In this document: positions 28,686 through 39,171 of the stretch, in pieces
Numbering within the stretch: the stretch's first letter is position 1
How the letters are laid out: each line of letters opens with the position of its first letter
NCBI GenBank assembly: GCA_017429985.1
Contig: JAFRNW010000010.1
Span: 5,700 to 69,699, forward strand
DNA: 64,000 nt
Source of the DNA: Clostridia bacterium
Lineage (GTDB): Bacteria; Bacillota; Clostridia; Christensenellales; CAG-138
Direction: 5' to 3'
Notes under the pieces: model-generated
The model's input: the letters and a program-made list of their open reading frames with translations, nothing else
Told to the model about the DNA's origin: nothing
Databases searched by the model: none
Translations under genes and position numbers: made by a program

Positions 28686-30509
28686 TCAGTGAAAGAATTG
28701 ATAGACCGCTTCGGCGGAAGACCGGGTCATGTCGGGAACAGCGGCCAGGGTATCGATATCCGCGGAGCGGATCGCATCCAGTGTGGTAAAGGCGTCGAAA
28801 AGCGCACGTTTCCGCTTTTCGCCGATTCCCGGTATTTCATCCAGCACGGAAAAGAGGGCTCTCTTCTGCCTGAGACTTCTGTGATAGGTGATGGCGAACC
28901 GGTGCGCCTCGTCCCGGATGCGTTCAAGGACATGGAGCGGGGCGCTGTTCCTCGGAAGAACGACGGGCTCTTCCTCTCCGGGGACGTAGATGACTTCGTG
29001 AGATTCCGCGAGGCCGATGGCGGGAATGTAGGAAAGGCCGAATTCAGACAGCACTTCCAGAGCAACGTTCAGCTGGGTGGCGCCGCCGTCGACGATCAGA
29101 AGATCGGGAAGCTCCGAAAACCCGGGATCGCAGTCCCGTGCCCGCTCGAACCGGCGTGAAAGGACTTCGCGCATGGCGACCAGATCGTCGCCGCCTGCTT
29201 CCGCCTGGATTTTGAATCTCCGGTATGCTTTTTTGTCGGGTTCGCCTTCCGTGAAGACGACCATGGACGCAACCGTATCGCGTCCCTGCATGTGGGAGTT
29301 GTCAAAGCATTCGAGACGCCGCGGAACGGAATCCAGACCAAGAACGGAAGAGAGCTGCGCAAGCGCGCCTTCGCCGCGGTCCCAGGCGCGTTTCTGCAGT
29401 TCCGCGTCTTTTTCCAGAGCATCCATGCAGTTGCTGTAGCAGAGATCGGTCAGTTTTCGCTTGTCGCCGCGTTCCGGCCGGTGGAGGCGCACTTTTCTTC
29501 CCGCCTGTTCGGACAGCCAGGACGCCAGGGCTTCCGGATCTTCCGGCAGGGTGTGGACCAGGATCTCCCGCGGTACCGGGATGTCCTCCCCGTAGTACTG
29601 CTTCAGGAACGCTTCCATGATATCCGCATCCTGTTCGTCGGAAGCGTCCATCGCGAATTTCTCCGTGCCGATGACCTTTCCGTCGCGCACGTAAAGAGCG
29701 AACACGAGGACAGCGCCGTTCAGCCTGCCCATGGCAAACACGTCCGATTCCGCATGTCCAGTTCCGATCACGACCTGATTCATTTCGAGGGACTCAATTG
29801 CGCGGATCCGGTCCCGGAGATATGCTGCTTTTTCAAAATTCAGTCCGTCCGACGCCTGCTGCATCTGATCGCGCAGTTTTGCGAGGACCGGCTTTGTGTC
29901 TCCGTTCAGGAAAGACATGACCTCCTGCAGCATTTCGTGATAATACGTCCGGGAAACCTTCCCCGAGCAGGGTGCGCAGCATTTCCCGACATGATACATG
30001 AGGCAGGGCCGCTCTCTGCGCGCGATGGCTTTGGAAAGGTCTTTTTTGCAGTGCCTGACGGGATAATAGTCCCGGACAACGTTCATGCTTTCGCGCAGAG
30101 CGGATGCGGAGAGATAGGGGCCGAGGTACCTCGCGCCGTCCTTCTTCAGCCTTCGGACGATCTCGATCCGGGGATAATCCTGCTTGAGATCGATCCGGAT
30201 ATAGGGGAAATGCTTGTCATCCTTCAGGAGTACGTTGTATTTCGGCCGGTACTGCTTGATAAGGTTGCTCTCGAGGGAAAGCGCCTCCGCTTCGCTGCGG
30301 ACCTGGACCGTTTCGAAATCAGCGATATGCTGCACCATCGCGATGACTTTCGCGCTGTGATTCTTGCTGCTCTGAAAATACTGGCGGACCCTGTTTTTCA
30401 GAGAGATCGCCTTGCCGACATAAATGACCTCCCCTTCGGCGTTGTACATCCTGTATACGCCGGGGGCGGACGGCAACAGCTTCAGTTTTTCCTCAATGAT
30501 CTCATTCAT
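28686..30509 (-). CDS. uvrC: excinuclease ABC subunit C
   Basis: GIY-YIG domain (GVYRMYNAEGEVIYVGKA), UvrBC domain and C-terminal HhH (IPGIGEKRKRAL). Confidence 0.95.
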   Translation of the reverse strand: MNEIIEEKLKLLPSAPGVYRMYNAEGEVIYVGKAISLKNRVRQYFQSSKNHSAKVIAMVQHIADFETVQVRSEAEALSLESNLIKQYRPKYNVLLKDDKHFPYIRIDLKQDYPRIEIVRRLKKDGARYLGPYLSASALRESMNVVRDYYPVRHCKKDLSKAIARRERPCLMYHVGKCCAPCSGKVSRTYYHEMLQEVMSFLNGDTKPVLAKLRDQMQQASDGLNFEKAAYLRDRIRAIESLEMNQVVIGTGHAESDVFAMGRLNGAVLVFALYVRDGKVIGTEKFAMDASDEQDADIMEAFLKQYYGEDIPVPREILVHTLPEDPEALASWLSEQAGRKVRLHRPERGDKRKLTDLCYSNCMDALEKDAELQKRAWDRGEGALAQLSSVLGLDSVPRRLECFDNSHMQGRDTVASMVVFTEGEPDKKAYRRFKIQAEAGGDDLVAMREVLSRRFERARDCDPGFSELPDLLIVDGGATQLNVALEVLSEFGLSYIPAIGLAESHEVIYVPGEEEPVVLPRNSAPLHVLERIRDEAHRFAITYHRSLRQKRALFSVLDEIPGIGEKRKRALFDAFTTLDAIRSADIDTLAAVPDMTRSSAEAVYQFFH

Positions 30510-31089
30510 GGGGGAGAACGGTGCCCGGGCCGATCACGCGGGCTTTGCGGAGCATTCGGTAGAGCAGGTGGACCGGAAGGCCGACCACATTGAAATAATC
30601 ACCGTCGATCGCGGAGATGAACAGGCCGGCGGGGCCCTGTATTCCGTACGCGCCCGCTTTTTCCAGAGGATCGCCCGAGGCCACGTACCAGTCGATCTCC
30701 TCCTCCGACATCGGCGCGAAGGTGACGGATGTCTTTTCCACATCGACGGCGGTGACGCCTCTGGCCGAGACGGCGAGGCCGGTGTAGACCAGATGCTTCC
30801 TTCCCTGCATGGCGGAAAGGAACGCTTTTGCGTTTTCGGGGGTATGCGGCTTTCCGAGGATCCTCCCGTCAAGATCGACGACCGTATCCGCACCGATCAC
30901 GCACGCTTCCGGATACGCGGCGGCGACGGATTCTGCCTTCTGCCGCGCGAGCGTCATAACATACTCCGCAGTTGAAAGACCGGGGGCCACATTTTCACAG
31001 ACGTTGCTGACGACCACGGAAAAGGGGAGCCCGATCCTTTCCAGGAGCTCTTTCCGGTTCGGGGAGGCGGAGGCGAGGATGATATGCAT
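30502..31089 (-). CDS. maf: Maf-family nucleoside triphosphate pyrophosphatase
   Basis: MHIILASASPNRKELL N-terminus and GAYGIQG motif. Start at the ATG at 31089, just after the xth stop. Confidence 0.9.
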   Translation of the reverse strand: MHIILASASPNRKELLERIGLPFSVVVSNVCENVAPGLSTAEYVMTLARQKAESVAAAYPEACVIGADTVVDLDGRILGKPHTPENAKAFLSAMQGRKHLVYTGLAVSARGVTAVDVEKTSVTFAPMSEEEIDWYVASGDPLEKAGAYGIQGPAGLFISAIDGDYFNVVGLPVHLLYRMLRKARVIGPGTVLPHE

Positions 31090-31093
31090 GCGT

Positions 31094-31849
31094 TCAGACC
31101 TCCAGAACAAGTCCGACGGGACAGTGATCGCTGCCCATGACCGTATCGAGTATCAGACTGTCCTGCACGGCGGGCATGAGGCGTTCCGAAACGATAAAAT
31201 AGTCGATCCGCCACCCTGCGTTCCGCTGTCTCGCGGAGAACCGGTAGCTCCACCAGGAGTAGCGGCCGGTCGCGTCCGGATACAGGACGCGAAAACTGTC
31301 GGAAAAACCGGAGGCAAGAAGGCGGGTCATTTTCTCCCGTTCCTGAAGGGAGAAACCGGCGTGTTCCCGGTTCTGGTCGGGATTTTTCAGATCGATCTCC
31401 TCGTGCGCCACATTCAGATCGCCGCAGAGGATAACGGGTTTTTTCGCGTCCAGCTCCATCAGATAGGAGCGCAGCGCATCGTCGTATTCCATCCGGTAGC
31501 CGATCCGTTTCAGACCGTCCTGGGAATTGGGCGTATAGGATGTCACGAAGAAAAAGGGGTCGAATTCCAGCGTGATGACTCTGCCTTCCGAGTCGAATTT
31601 CGGCTGATCCAGCCCGTAACACACTGCGAGAGGGGCAAGGCGTGAAAACACCGCGGTCCCGGAGTATCCCTTCTTCTCCGCACTGTTCCAGTACTGCGTA
31701 TAACCGGGTGTCAGGATTTCCGCCTGATCCGGCTGCATCTTCGTTTCCTGCAGCGCGATGATATCGGGCGATTCCGTTTCCAGGAAGGAAGAGAAGCCCT
31801 TTTCCATGCAGGCGCGCAGCCCGTTTACGTTCCAAGATACCAGTTTCAT
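31094..31849 (-). CDS. xth: exodeoxyribonuclease III
   Basis: MKLVSWNVNGLRA, LQETK and SDHCPV motifs. Confidence 0.9.
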   Translation of the reverse strand: MKLVSWNVNGLRACMEKGFSSFLETESPDIIALQETKMQPDQAEILTPGYTQYWNSAEKKGYSGTAVFSRLAPLAVCYGLDQPKFDSEGRVITLEFDPFFFVTSYTPNSQDGLKRIGYRMEYDDALRSYLMELDAKKPVILCGDLNVAHEEIDLKNPDQNREHAGFSLQEREKMTRLLASGFSDSFRVLYPDATGRYSWWSYRFSARQRNAGWRIDYFIVSERLMPAVQDSLILDTVMGSDHCPVGLVLEV

Positions 31850-32086
31850 GGTTCGATTCCCCTCATGCGTGTCCTGAATACTGTCCGTTGATATTTGCAT
31901 TAATCATACATTCAAAGAAAAGCATCGTCAACAAACCGCGCATGCGGCCGGGACGGCGCAAATCCGCACGGTCCGACGGGATTTCCGGCCCCGGAAGGCC
32001 CGCCTGCCCGCTCAGGCAATTACGTTGTGGACGAAATCGCCCGGGAGTGCTATACTTCTTATATCTGTAATATGGGGGTGTAGGCT

Positions 32087-33022
32087 GTGAAAATCACCGT
32101 TAAGGAAAAGTATTTCCCTTCTTCCACCGGGAACTGCAGGATCCGTTACTGCATGTGGATTCCCGATGAAGTGCGTGCTGCCGTTCAGCTGACCCACGGT
32201 ATGGCGGAGCATATCGACCGTTATGCCGGATTTGCAAGGCGCCTTGCCGAAAACGGGTTCCTTGTCTACGGCATGGATCTTGCCGGACACGGGAAGAGTA
32301 TCGGAGAGGATGCGCCGAAGGGCTATTTCTGCGAGAAGAACGGCTGGGATGCCCTGATCCAGGATATGCGCACGCTGTACGATACCGTGAAGAAGGATTA
32401 CCCCGGTGTTCCGTTCATTCTGTTCGGCCATTCCATGGGATCGTTTCTGGCAAGAACGTACGCAGGCCGTGACGGAAAAGATTTTGACGGATTTGTATTC
32501 AGCGGAACCGCGGGCGCAAACCCCGCCCTTCCGGTGGCAAAATTCATAGCCAGACGCGAGATCAAGAAGCACGGCGGGAAAGTCCCCTCGGATCTTCTGA
32601 ACGGTCTTGCGTTCGGACCCTACAATAAACCGTTTGAACACAGAACGGATTTTGACTGGCTGTCCGTAAACCGTGAGAACGTGGACAGGTATATTGCTGA
32701 CGAGTTCTGCGGCTTTCCGTTCACCGCATCCGCCATGCTGGACCTGTTTACGGGGCTGACGGAGGTATCCGGGAAAAAATGGGCCGAACGGGTTCCGGAC
32801 CGCCCGATCCTTCTGGTCGCAGGCGACCAGGACCCTGTCGGAAGCATGGGAAAAGGCGTGAAGCAGGTCTACGGCTGGCTTTGCGCGACCGGTCACAAAC
32901 CGGAAATGATCCTGTATTCCGGAATGCGCCACGAGGTTCTGAACGAAGACATCGGCCCGAAAGTCGAGAAGGATATCCAGCTGTTTATTGAAACGGTTGC
33001 CGAGGCAGGGGGCAGAGAATGA
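32087..33022 (+). CDS. alpha/beta hydrolase (lysophospholipase / monoacylglycerol lipase-like)
   Basis: HGMAEH and the nucleophile elbow GHSMGS, with a C-terminal His region (GMRHEVLNE). Confidence 0.8.
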   Translation: MKITVKEKYFPSSTGNCRIRYCMWIPDEVRAAVQLTHGMAEHIDRYAGFARRLAENGFLVYGMDLAGHGKSIGEDAPKGYFCEKNGWDALIQDMRTLYDTVKKDYPGVPFILFGHSMGSFLARTYAGRDGKDFDGFVFSGTAGANPALPVAKFIARREIKKHGGKVPSDLLNGLAFGPYNKPFEHRTDFDWLSVNRENVDRYIADEFCGFPFTASAMLDLFTGLTEVSGKKWAERVPDRPILLVAGDQDPVGSMGKGVKQVYGWLCATGHKPEMILYSGMRHEVLNEDIGPKVEKDIQLFIETVAEAGGRE

Positions 33023-33687
33023 GCATTCTGGTTTACAAGGATAAAACGCTCGCAGGCGCGGCCGCGTCTACGCTGCTGGCGGCGCAGATCATTGAGAAGC
33101 CGGCCTGTACACTTGGGCTGGACTTTGCGGACGAACTGCTCCCGACGTACCGCGCGCTTGCGAGAATGAGCAGGGACGGGCTGCTGGACTGGAGCGATGT
33201 CCGCGTGTTCGGACTGTCCGAACGCGTACGCGCGGACGAGCAGAACTCCATCGAGTCTCAGCTGGACGCGGTCCTGCTTTCCCAGGTGAACCTGGAAAAG
33301 GGAAACAAGCTCATGCCGGACGCCGACGCCAGCGACTGGAGCGTTGTGTGCAGCGGGTATGAAGACGAGATCCTGGACGCGGGCGGACTGGACTGCGTCA
33401 TACTGAACATTGCCTCGGACGGCAGCGTCGCGTTTAATATCGGGGCACAGGAGATCGCCCCGGTCACCCATGTGGAACGGACAGCCGGAGGCCGCGTTGT
33501 GACCGCAGGCATCGCCACCATCATGGCGGCCAAAAAGATCATCGCGCTGATCACGGGAGAGGACAAGGCGGATATCGCCTGTTCCATCTTCCACGGGCCG
33601 GTCACCCCGCTGGTTCCCGCCAGCTATCTGCAGCTTCATGCGAACGCCGTTTTTCTTCTGGATGACGATGCGGCGAAGCTGATCTGA
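33019..33687 (+). CDS. NagB/6-phosphogluconolactonase-superfamily protein, probably non-catalytic
   Basis: Overall NagB-like layout (LGLD...TY..L, VRVFGLSERV, DGSVAFNIG). The positions that align by eye with the NagB catalytic Asp/His/Glu are Ser/Ser/Ile. Confidence 0.6.
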   Translation: MSILVYKDKTLAGAAASTLLAAQIIEKPACTLGLDFADELLPTYRALARMSRDGLLDWSDVRVFGLSERVRADEQNSIESQLDAVLLSQVNLEKGNKLMPDADASDWSVVCSGYEDEILDAGGLDCVILNIASDGSVAFNIGAQEIAPVTHVERTAGGRVVTAGIATIMAAKKIIALITGEDKADIACSIFHGPVTPLVPASYLQLHANAVFLLDDDAAKLI

Positions 33688-33692
33688 CGGCA

Positions 33693-34253
33693 GTGGAACG
33701 GGATCCGTTTGAGAGACTGAACGACGCCGTGACGGACTGCACGAGGTGCAGGCTGGCCGGAACGAGAACCCGCACCGTTTTCGGCGAGGGGAATGTTCAC
33801 GCGCAGGTCATGCTGGTCGGGGAAGGTCCCGGGCACGACGAAGACCTGCAGGGAAGGCCTTTTGTCGGACGCGCGGGGCAGCTTCTGGACCGGATGCTGG
33901 AATCGATCGGCCTGGACAGATCGGACGTCTATATAGCCAACGTGGTGAAATGCCGTCCGCCGGGGAACAGGAACCCGGAGCCGGACGAGGCGGAAGCCTG
34001 TCTTCCCTATCTCAGGCTCCAGTATGCGCTGGTCCGGCCGCGCATCATCGTTTGTCTCGGAGCGGTGGCAGCCCGGTATCTGATCGGGCCCGATATCCGG
34101 ATCACGCGGGACAGGGGGAAGTGGACCGAGAAGGGCGGCGTATGGTTTCTGCCGACCTATCATCCCGCGGCACTTCTGAGAGATGAGAGCAAAAAACGGG
34201 AAGCATGGCAGGATCTGCAGGCGCTTTCCGAAAGAATAAAGCAGTTAAGCTGA
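33693..34253 (+). CDS. uracil-DNA glycosylase, family 4
   Basis: CTRCRL, GEGPGHDEDLQGRPFVGRAGQLL and HPAALLR motifs. GTG start. Confidence 0.88.
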   Translation: MERDPFERLNDAVTDCTRCRLAGTRTRTVFGEGNVHAQVMLVGEGPGHDEDLQGRPFVGRAGQLLDRMLESIGLDRSDVYIANVVKCRPPGNRNPEPDEAEACLPYLRLQYALVRPRIIVCLGAVAARYLIGPDIRITRDRGKWTEKGGVWFLPTYHPAALLRDESKKREAWQDLQALSERIKQLS

Positions 34254-34278
34254 ATGAGATATATTGGCAGGAGGTTTT

Positions 34279-35019
34279 ATGTCAGGACATTCCAAATGGG
34301 CAAACATTAAGAACAAGAAGGAAAAAACAGACGCACAGCGCGGCAAGGTGTTTACGAAAATCGGCCGTGAGATCGCTATCGCAGTAAAGGAAGGCGGCGG
34401 GCCGGATCCCGTGAACAATTCCAAGCTGCGCGACGTGATCGCAAAGGCGAAAGCGGCCAACATGCCGAATGACAATATCAACAGATCCATCAAAAAAGCG
34501 GCGGGCGAAGGCAGCTCCGTCAACTACGAGGAAATCACGTACGAGGGATACGGACCGGGAAACATGGCCGTCATCGTGCAGGTGCTGACGGACAACCGCA
34601 ACCGGATCGCTGCGGAGATGAGGCACATCTTTGATAAGAGCGGCGGCAATCTCGGCGCCTCCGGCTGTGTCGGCTGGATGTTCGACAAGAAGGGCCTGAT
34701 CGTAATCGAGCGCGGCGCGCTGATGGATGAGGACGAGGTCATGATGGCGGCGCTGGATGCTGGCGCGGAAGACTTTGTCGCGCAGGACGACGCTTTTGAA
34801 GTCTACACGTCCCCGAGCGATTTCTCAGCGGTGCGCGAATCGCTGGAAAACGCCGGATACACTTTTTTCTCCGCGGAAGTGCAGATGATCCCGCAGAACA
34901 CGGTGAATATCAGCGATAAGGAAACCGCGGAAAAGGTGGAGCGATTCCTGGACAATCTGGACGATAATGACGATGTTCAGGAAGTGTTCCATAATGCTGT
35001 CCTGCCGGAAGATGACTGA
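34279..35019 (+). CDS. yebC: YebC/PmpR-family transcriptional regulator
   Basis: [15 protein letters not shown]-terminus. GGAGG SD sequence before the ATG at 34279. Confidence 0.93.
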   Translation: MSGHSKWANIKNKKEKTDAQRGKVFTKIGREIAIAVKEGGGPDPVNNSKLRDVIAKAKAANMPNDNINRSIKKAAGEGSSVNYEEITYEGYGPGNMAVIVQVLTDNRNRIAAEMRHIFDKSGGNLGASGCVGWMFDKKGLIVIERGALMDEDEVMMAALDAGAEDFVAQDDAFEVYTSPSDFSAVRESLENAGYTFFSAEVQMIPQNTVNISDKETAEKVERFLDNLDDNDDVQEVFHNAVLPEDD

Positions 35020-35043
35020 TCACAATACGAAGGAGGTTGCATC

Positions 35044-35397
35044 ATGGAAGCGGAATTGAATACGGAATATGGAAAAATCGTTATTCCGGAAGAAATCATT
35101 GCCAACATTGCCGGATATGCCGCCGTGGAAAACTACGGTATCGTCGGCATGAAGGGAAAGTCTGGGAACAGCGGGCTGATCGCACTGTTTGTTAAGGATA
35201 ATCTCCGCCGCGGAGTCAAGATAACGAAGGTGGACGATGCCTCGGTCGGCGTTGACCTGTATGTAACGCTGGAATACGGCGTATCGCTTCCGGCTGTTGC
35301 CAAGAACGCGAGGGACAACGTGAAATACCGGGTGGAGAATCTGTTGGATCTAAAGGTTCAGTTCGTCAATATCCATGTGGAAGGCGTTCGTACCTGA
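35044..35397 (+). CDS. Asp23/Gls24-family alkaline shock protein
   Basis: 117 aa with IPEEIIANIAGYAA...GVDLYVTLEYG. Conserved position upstream of DAK2-recG. Confidence 0.88.
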   Translation: MEAELNTEYGKIVIPEEIIANIAGYAAVENYGIVGMKGKSGNSGLIALFVKDNLRRGVKITKVDDASVGVDLYVTLEYGVSLPAVAKNARDNVKYRVENLLDLKVQFVNIHVEGVRT

Positions 35398-35430
35398 GTT
35401 GTCAGCATGGATAAAGGAGACGAAAGAAAG

Positions 35431-37059
35431 ATGGATGAGTTAACTTTAACAGGTGCACAGTTCCGCGATATGTTTGCATCAGGCGCGGCGCTGCTTGAAA
35501 AAAACAGAGCGGCGATCGATGCGCTGAACGTTTTTCCGGTCCCGGACGGGGATACCGGCGCGAACATGTGCATGACGATGCAGAGCGCGATGCGGGAACT
35601 TCAGAAGATCCCCGCTGACGCGAACGTCTCAAAAGTCGCCGACACGATCAGCATGGGAGCGCTGCGCGGTGCGAGGGGAAACTCCGGCGTCATTCTGTCG
35701 CAGCTGCTCAGAGGCTTCTCCAAAGCGCTCAAAGGCGCCACGGTCATGGATTCCAGGCTGTTTTCGGAAGCGCTGAAAACCGGGACGGAAGCCGCGTACA
35801 AGGCCGTTATGCGGCCGAAGGAGGGCACGATCCTGACCGTTTCCAGAATGATTTCGGAAGCGGTCGCCGAGGAGTATGAAAAAGGCGCGAACGTATATAA
35901 ACTGCTGGATACGGCATGCGCGGAAGGCGCGCGCGCCCTCGCCAAGACGCCGGACCTGCTGCCCGTCCTGAAGGAAGCCGGCGTTGTGGATTCCGGCGGA
36001 AAAGGACTGCTGACCATTTACCGCGGGTTCAAGATGTATCTGGACGGCGTGGAAGTGTCGGACTATGAGGAAGAGCCCGAAGAACCGGCGATGGCGGACG
36101 ACGCGGAAGTCGCGGAGAACATCACGTACGGTTACTGCACGGAGTTCTTTATCATTCACCTGAATCCCTCGTTCAGGGAGGAGGACCTGGTTTCGTTCCG
36201 AGAGCATCTGAACAGGATCGGCGATTCCGTTGTGGCGGCGTATGATGAGGACACGATCAAGGTCCACGTCCATTCTGACGCGCCGGGCAAAGTGCTCCAG
36301 ATGGCGCTGCGCTTCGGCGAACTGGACAGGCTGAAAATCGAAAACATGCGCGAGCAGAACCGCGCGCTGGTGGCGGACAGGAAGAGCAAGGAGAAGGAGT
36401 ACGCCATGATCGCGGTCAGTGCCGGCGCAGGCATCGACGAACTGTTCTCCGAACTCGGAGTCGATCATGTGATCCCGGGCGGACAGACCATGAATCCCAG
36501 CATCGAGAGCATCTCCAAGGCGATCTATCAGGTGAACGCCCGGAACGTGTTCATCCTTCCGAACAACAGCAACATCATCATGGCTGCGGAACAGGCCGCG
36601 AACATTGCCAAGTGCAACGCCGTCGTGATTCCGTCCAAGAGCATTCCGCAGGGGATCATAGCCGCGATGAACTTCAACACCGCTGCGTCCGTTGAGGACA
36701 ACCGGGAGACCATGACGGAAGCGCTCGGACAGATCGTGTCCGGCTCCGTCACCTACGCTGTCCGGAACACGAAGTTCCACGGACGCGACATAGCGAAGGG
36801 CGATATCATCGGTATGCTGGACGGCGACCTGTGCGTTGTCGGACAGTCTGTCCAGGATTCTTCCATGGAACTCGTGGACAAGATGGTGGAGAAGATGGGC
36901 TTCAATGACTGTACGATCACGCTGCTGTACGGGGCGGACGTTTCACCCGAAGAGGCGGACAGATTCCTTTCAGCCGTTCAGGAGAAATATCCGGATGCGG
37001 AATGCATCATGCAGAACGGCGGACAGTCTCTCTATTACTATTACATGTTTACCGACTGA
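35431..37059 (+). CDS. DAK2 domain-containing protein (YloV-like)
   Basis: DALNVFPVPDGDTGANM DhaL motif. AAGGAGA SD sequence before the ATG at 35431. Confidence 0.88.
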   Translation: MDELTLTGAQFRDMFASGAALLEKNRAAIDALNVFPVPDGDTGANMCMTMQSAMRELQKIPADANVSKVADTISMGALRGARGNSGVILSQLLRGFSKALKGATVMDSRLFSEALKTGTEAAYKAVMRPKEGTILTVSRMISEAVAEEYEKGANVYKLLDTACAEGARALAKTPDLLPVLKEAGVVDSGGKGLLTIYRGFKMYLDGVEVSDYEEEPEEPAMADDAEVAENITYGYCTEFFIIHLNPSFREEDLVSFREHLNRIGDSVVAAYDEDTIKVHVHSDAPGKVLQMALRFGELDRLKIENMREQNRALVADRKSKEKEYAMIAVSAGAGIDELFSELGVDHVIPGGQTMNPSIESISKAIYQVNARNVFILPNNSNIIMAAEQAANIAKCNAVVIPSKSIPQGIIAAMNFNTAASVEDNRETMTEALGQIVSGSVTYAVRNTKFHGRDIAKGDIIGMLDGDLCVVGQSVQDSSMELVDKMVEKMGFNDCTITLLYGADVSPEEADRFLSAVQEKYPDAECIMQNGGQSLYYYYMFTD

Positions 37060-37080
37060 CAGGCGGAAACACGGACGATT

Positions 37081-37103
37081 AGCGGAGCCTTGGCTCCGCT
37101 TTT
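37081..37103 (+). terminator. short stem-loop between the DAK2 gene and recG (possible attenuator)
   Basis: AGCGGAGCC-tt-GGCTCCGCT followed by only TTT, so weak as a terminator. Confidence 0.3.
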
Positions 37104-37118
37104 CCAATATTCAGGAAC

Positions 37119-39125
37119 ATGACAGACAGCTCTCTGACCGTATTGAAGGGAATAGGCGAGAAAAGGGCGGAACTGCTCGGCCAGCTCGGGATCCGGACGG
37201 TTTCCGACCTGCTGTATTACCTTCCGCGCTCGTACCGTGATTATTCGAAAACTGTGCCCGTGTCAGAGATGCAGCACGGCGATTATGTCGCGGCATCGGT
37301 CCGGATCCTGTCCGATCCGCGTACTGTCAGGGTAAAAGGGATGACGATCGTTTCCGCTCGTGCGACAGACGGCGTTTCCAATGTGCAGCTGTCCTGGTTC
37401 AACCAGCCGTACAGGCGCGGACAGGTGTCCGCCGGGGAGATCCGGACGGTGTGCGGAAGGGTCAGCAGAAAGAAAGGGACCACGATCCTGAATCCTTCCG
37501 TTTATGACGGACTCCCGGGGCTCATCCCCGAATACCCTCTCTGCAGGGGTCTGTCCCAGAGGAACATCCGGGAAGCGCTGAAGGCTGCCGTTCAGAAGCC
37601 GGAGCTTTTTCCGGAGGAAACGCTGCCTTCGGAGATCCGGACCCGCCACGGGCTGTGCGCTCTGGACGAGGCGTTCCGGATGGTCCATTTCCCGAGGGAC
37701 AGATCGGAACTGGAGCGGGGAAGGAAACGCCTTTCCTTTGAAAACCTGCTGTCCTATATGCTCGCGGTTGAAATGCAGCGGCAGGAAAGGACGAAGCAGA
37801 ACGGGTTTGCATTCCGCACGGACGGCATTCTTGAAAAATATGAAAGGAAGATCCCGTTCGCGCTGACGGGAGCCCAGAAAAGAGTGGCGACCGAAATCTG
37901 CGCGGACATGGAGAAGCCCTTTCCGATGAACCGCCTTGTGCAGGGGGACGTCGGCTCCGGGAAAACCGCGGTCGCGGTATTCGCTGCGTGCGTGGCGGCG
38001 GCCAACGGAAAACAGTGCGCCATTCTTGTGCCGACCGCCATATTGGCGGAGCAGCATTACAGGGTGCTTCAGCCTCTGTTCGGCAGTTCAGCCTGCCTGC
38101 TGACGGGGGGCATGAAAAAGAATGAACGGGCGGAAACACTGGAACGGCTGCGAAATGGCTCCGCGTCCGTGGCGGTAGGAACACACGCCCTTCTGGAACA
38201 GGATGTGCATTTTCAAGATCTCGGGCTTGTCATCACAGATGAACAGCACAGGTTCGGCGTCCGTCAGCGTGCGGACATGGAGCGGAAAGGCATACGTCCG
38301 GACGTGATCGTCATGAGCGCGACGCCTATCCCGAGGACGCTTGCCATGCTGATGTACGGCGACCTTGATGTTTCACTGATCGACGAAATGCCTCCGGGAA
38401 GAAAAACGATCAAGACCAGCTTTATCGCCGAAAGCAGCCGTGATAAGATGTACGATTATATCGCGGAGGAGGCCGGGCACGGAAACCAGACCTATGTGGT
38501 ATGCCCGTTCATCGATCCGCCGGAGGAACTGGAGGGACCGTCCGCGACGGAAGTTTATCAGGAACTGACGTCCAGATATCCCGGGGTCCGGATCGATCTC
38601 CTTCACGGAAGAATGCCCCAGCAGAAGAAGGATGAGGTCATGGAACGGTTCAGGACCGGCGAGACGTCTGTTCTGGTCACGACCACGGTGATCGAAGTCG
38701 GCGTGCATGTCGATGATGCCGTCATCATGGTCCTGGAGGGGGCGGACCGTTTCGGCCTCGCGCAGATGCACCAGCTCAGGGGCAGAGTGGGCCGCGGAAG
38801 CCGCCAGGCGTACTGCTTCCTGCTTTCGGATAACCGCAGCGAATCCGTACACGAGCGGTTCGCCGCCCTGGTCCGGAACAGCGACGGATTCAAGATCGCC
38901 GAAGAGGATCTGTCCCAGCGCGGGCCGGGCGATTTTCTCGGGACCAGGCAGCACGGAGAGGGGGATGCCGAGCTTCTGCGCGCGACCGCGAGCATGGAGA
39001 TGATCGTGGAGGCTAAGGAAACCGCGCAGGAGATCATCGACATTCCCAACGTGACGAACAACGCCATCCTGCAGAACGCGCTTGACAGGTTCAGCAGGCA
39101 GATGGATGTCATTACCATGAATTAA
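37119..39125 (+). CDS. recG: ATP-dependent DNA helicase RecG
   Basis: GDVGSGKT Walker A, ITDEQHRFG Walker B, QLRGRVGRG, and an N-terminal wedge domain. Confidence 0.95.
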   Translation: MTDSSLTVLKGIGEKRAELLGQLGIRTVSDLLYYLPRSYRDYSKTVPVSEMQHGDYVAASVRILSDPRTVRVKGMTIVSARATDGVSNVQLSWFNQPYRRGQVSAGEIRTVCGRVSRKKGTTILNPSVYDGLPGLIPEYPLCRGLSQRNIREALKAAVQKPELFPEETLPSEIRTRHGLCALDEAFRMVHFPRDRSELERGRKRLSFENLLSYMLAVEMQRQERTKQNGFAFRTDGILEKYERKIPFALTGAQKRVATEICADMEKPFPMNRLVQGDVGSGKTAVAVFAACVAAANGKQCAILVPTAILAEQHYRVLQPLFGSSACLLTGGMKKNERAETLERLRNGSASVAVGTHALLEQDVHFQDLGLVITDEQHRFGVRQRADMERKGIRPDVIVMSATPIPRTLAMLMYGDLDVSLIDEMPPGRKTIKTSFIAESSRDKMYDYIAEEAGHGNQTYVVCPFIDPPEELEGPSATEVYQELTSRYPGVRIDLLHGRMPQQKKDEVMERFRTGETSVLVTTTVIEVGVHVDDAVIMVLEGADRFGLAQMHQLRGRVGRGSRQAYCFLLSDNRSESVHERFAALVRNSDGFKIAEEDLSQRGPGDFLGTRQHGEGDAELLRATASMEMIVEAKETAQEIIDIPNVTNNAILQNALDRFSRQMDVITMN

Positions 39126-39171
39126 TGGTACAATACCTTTGATAAAACCAGAATCGGGAGATGGAACCGTG

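Noticed and set aside
31888-32070. 60-aa ORF in the GC-rich xth/hydrolase intergenic region
   Set aside because: The product is Arg/Pro/Gly-rich, with no SD sequence and no motif. It is most likely non-coding promoter or leader DNA for the divergent genes.
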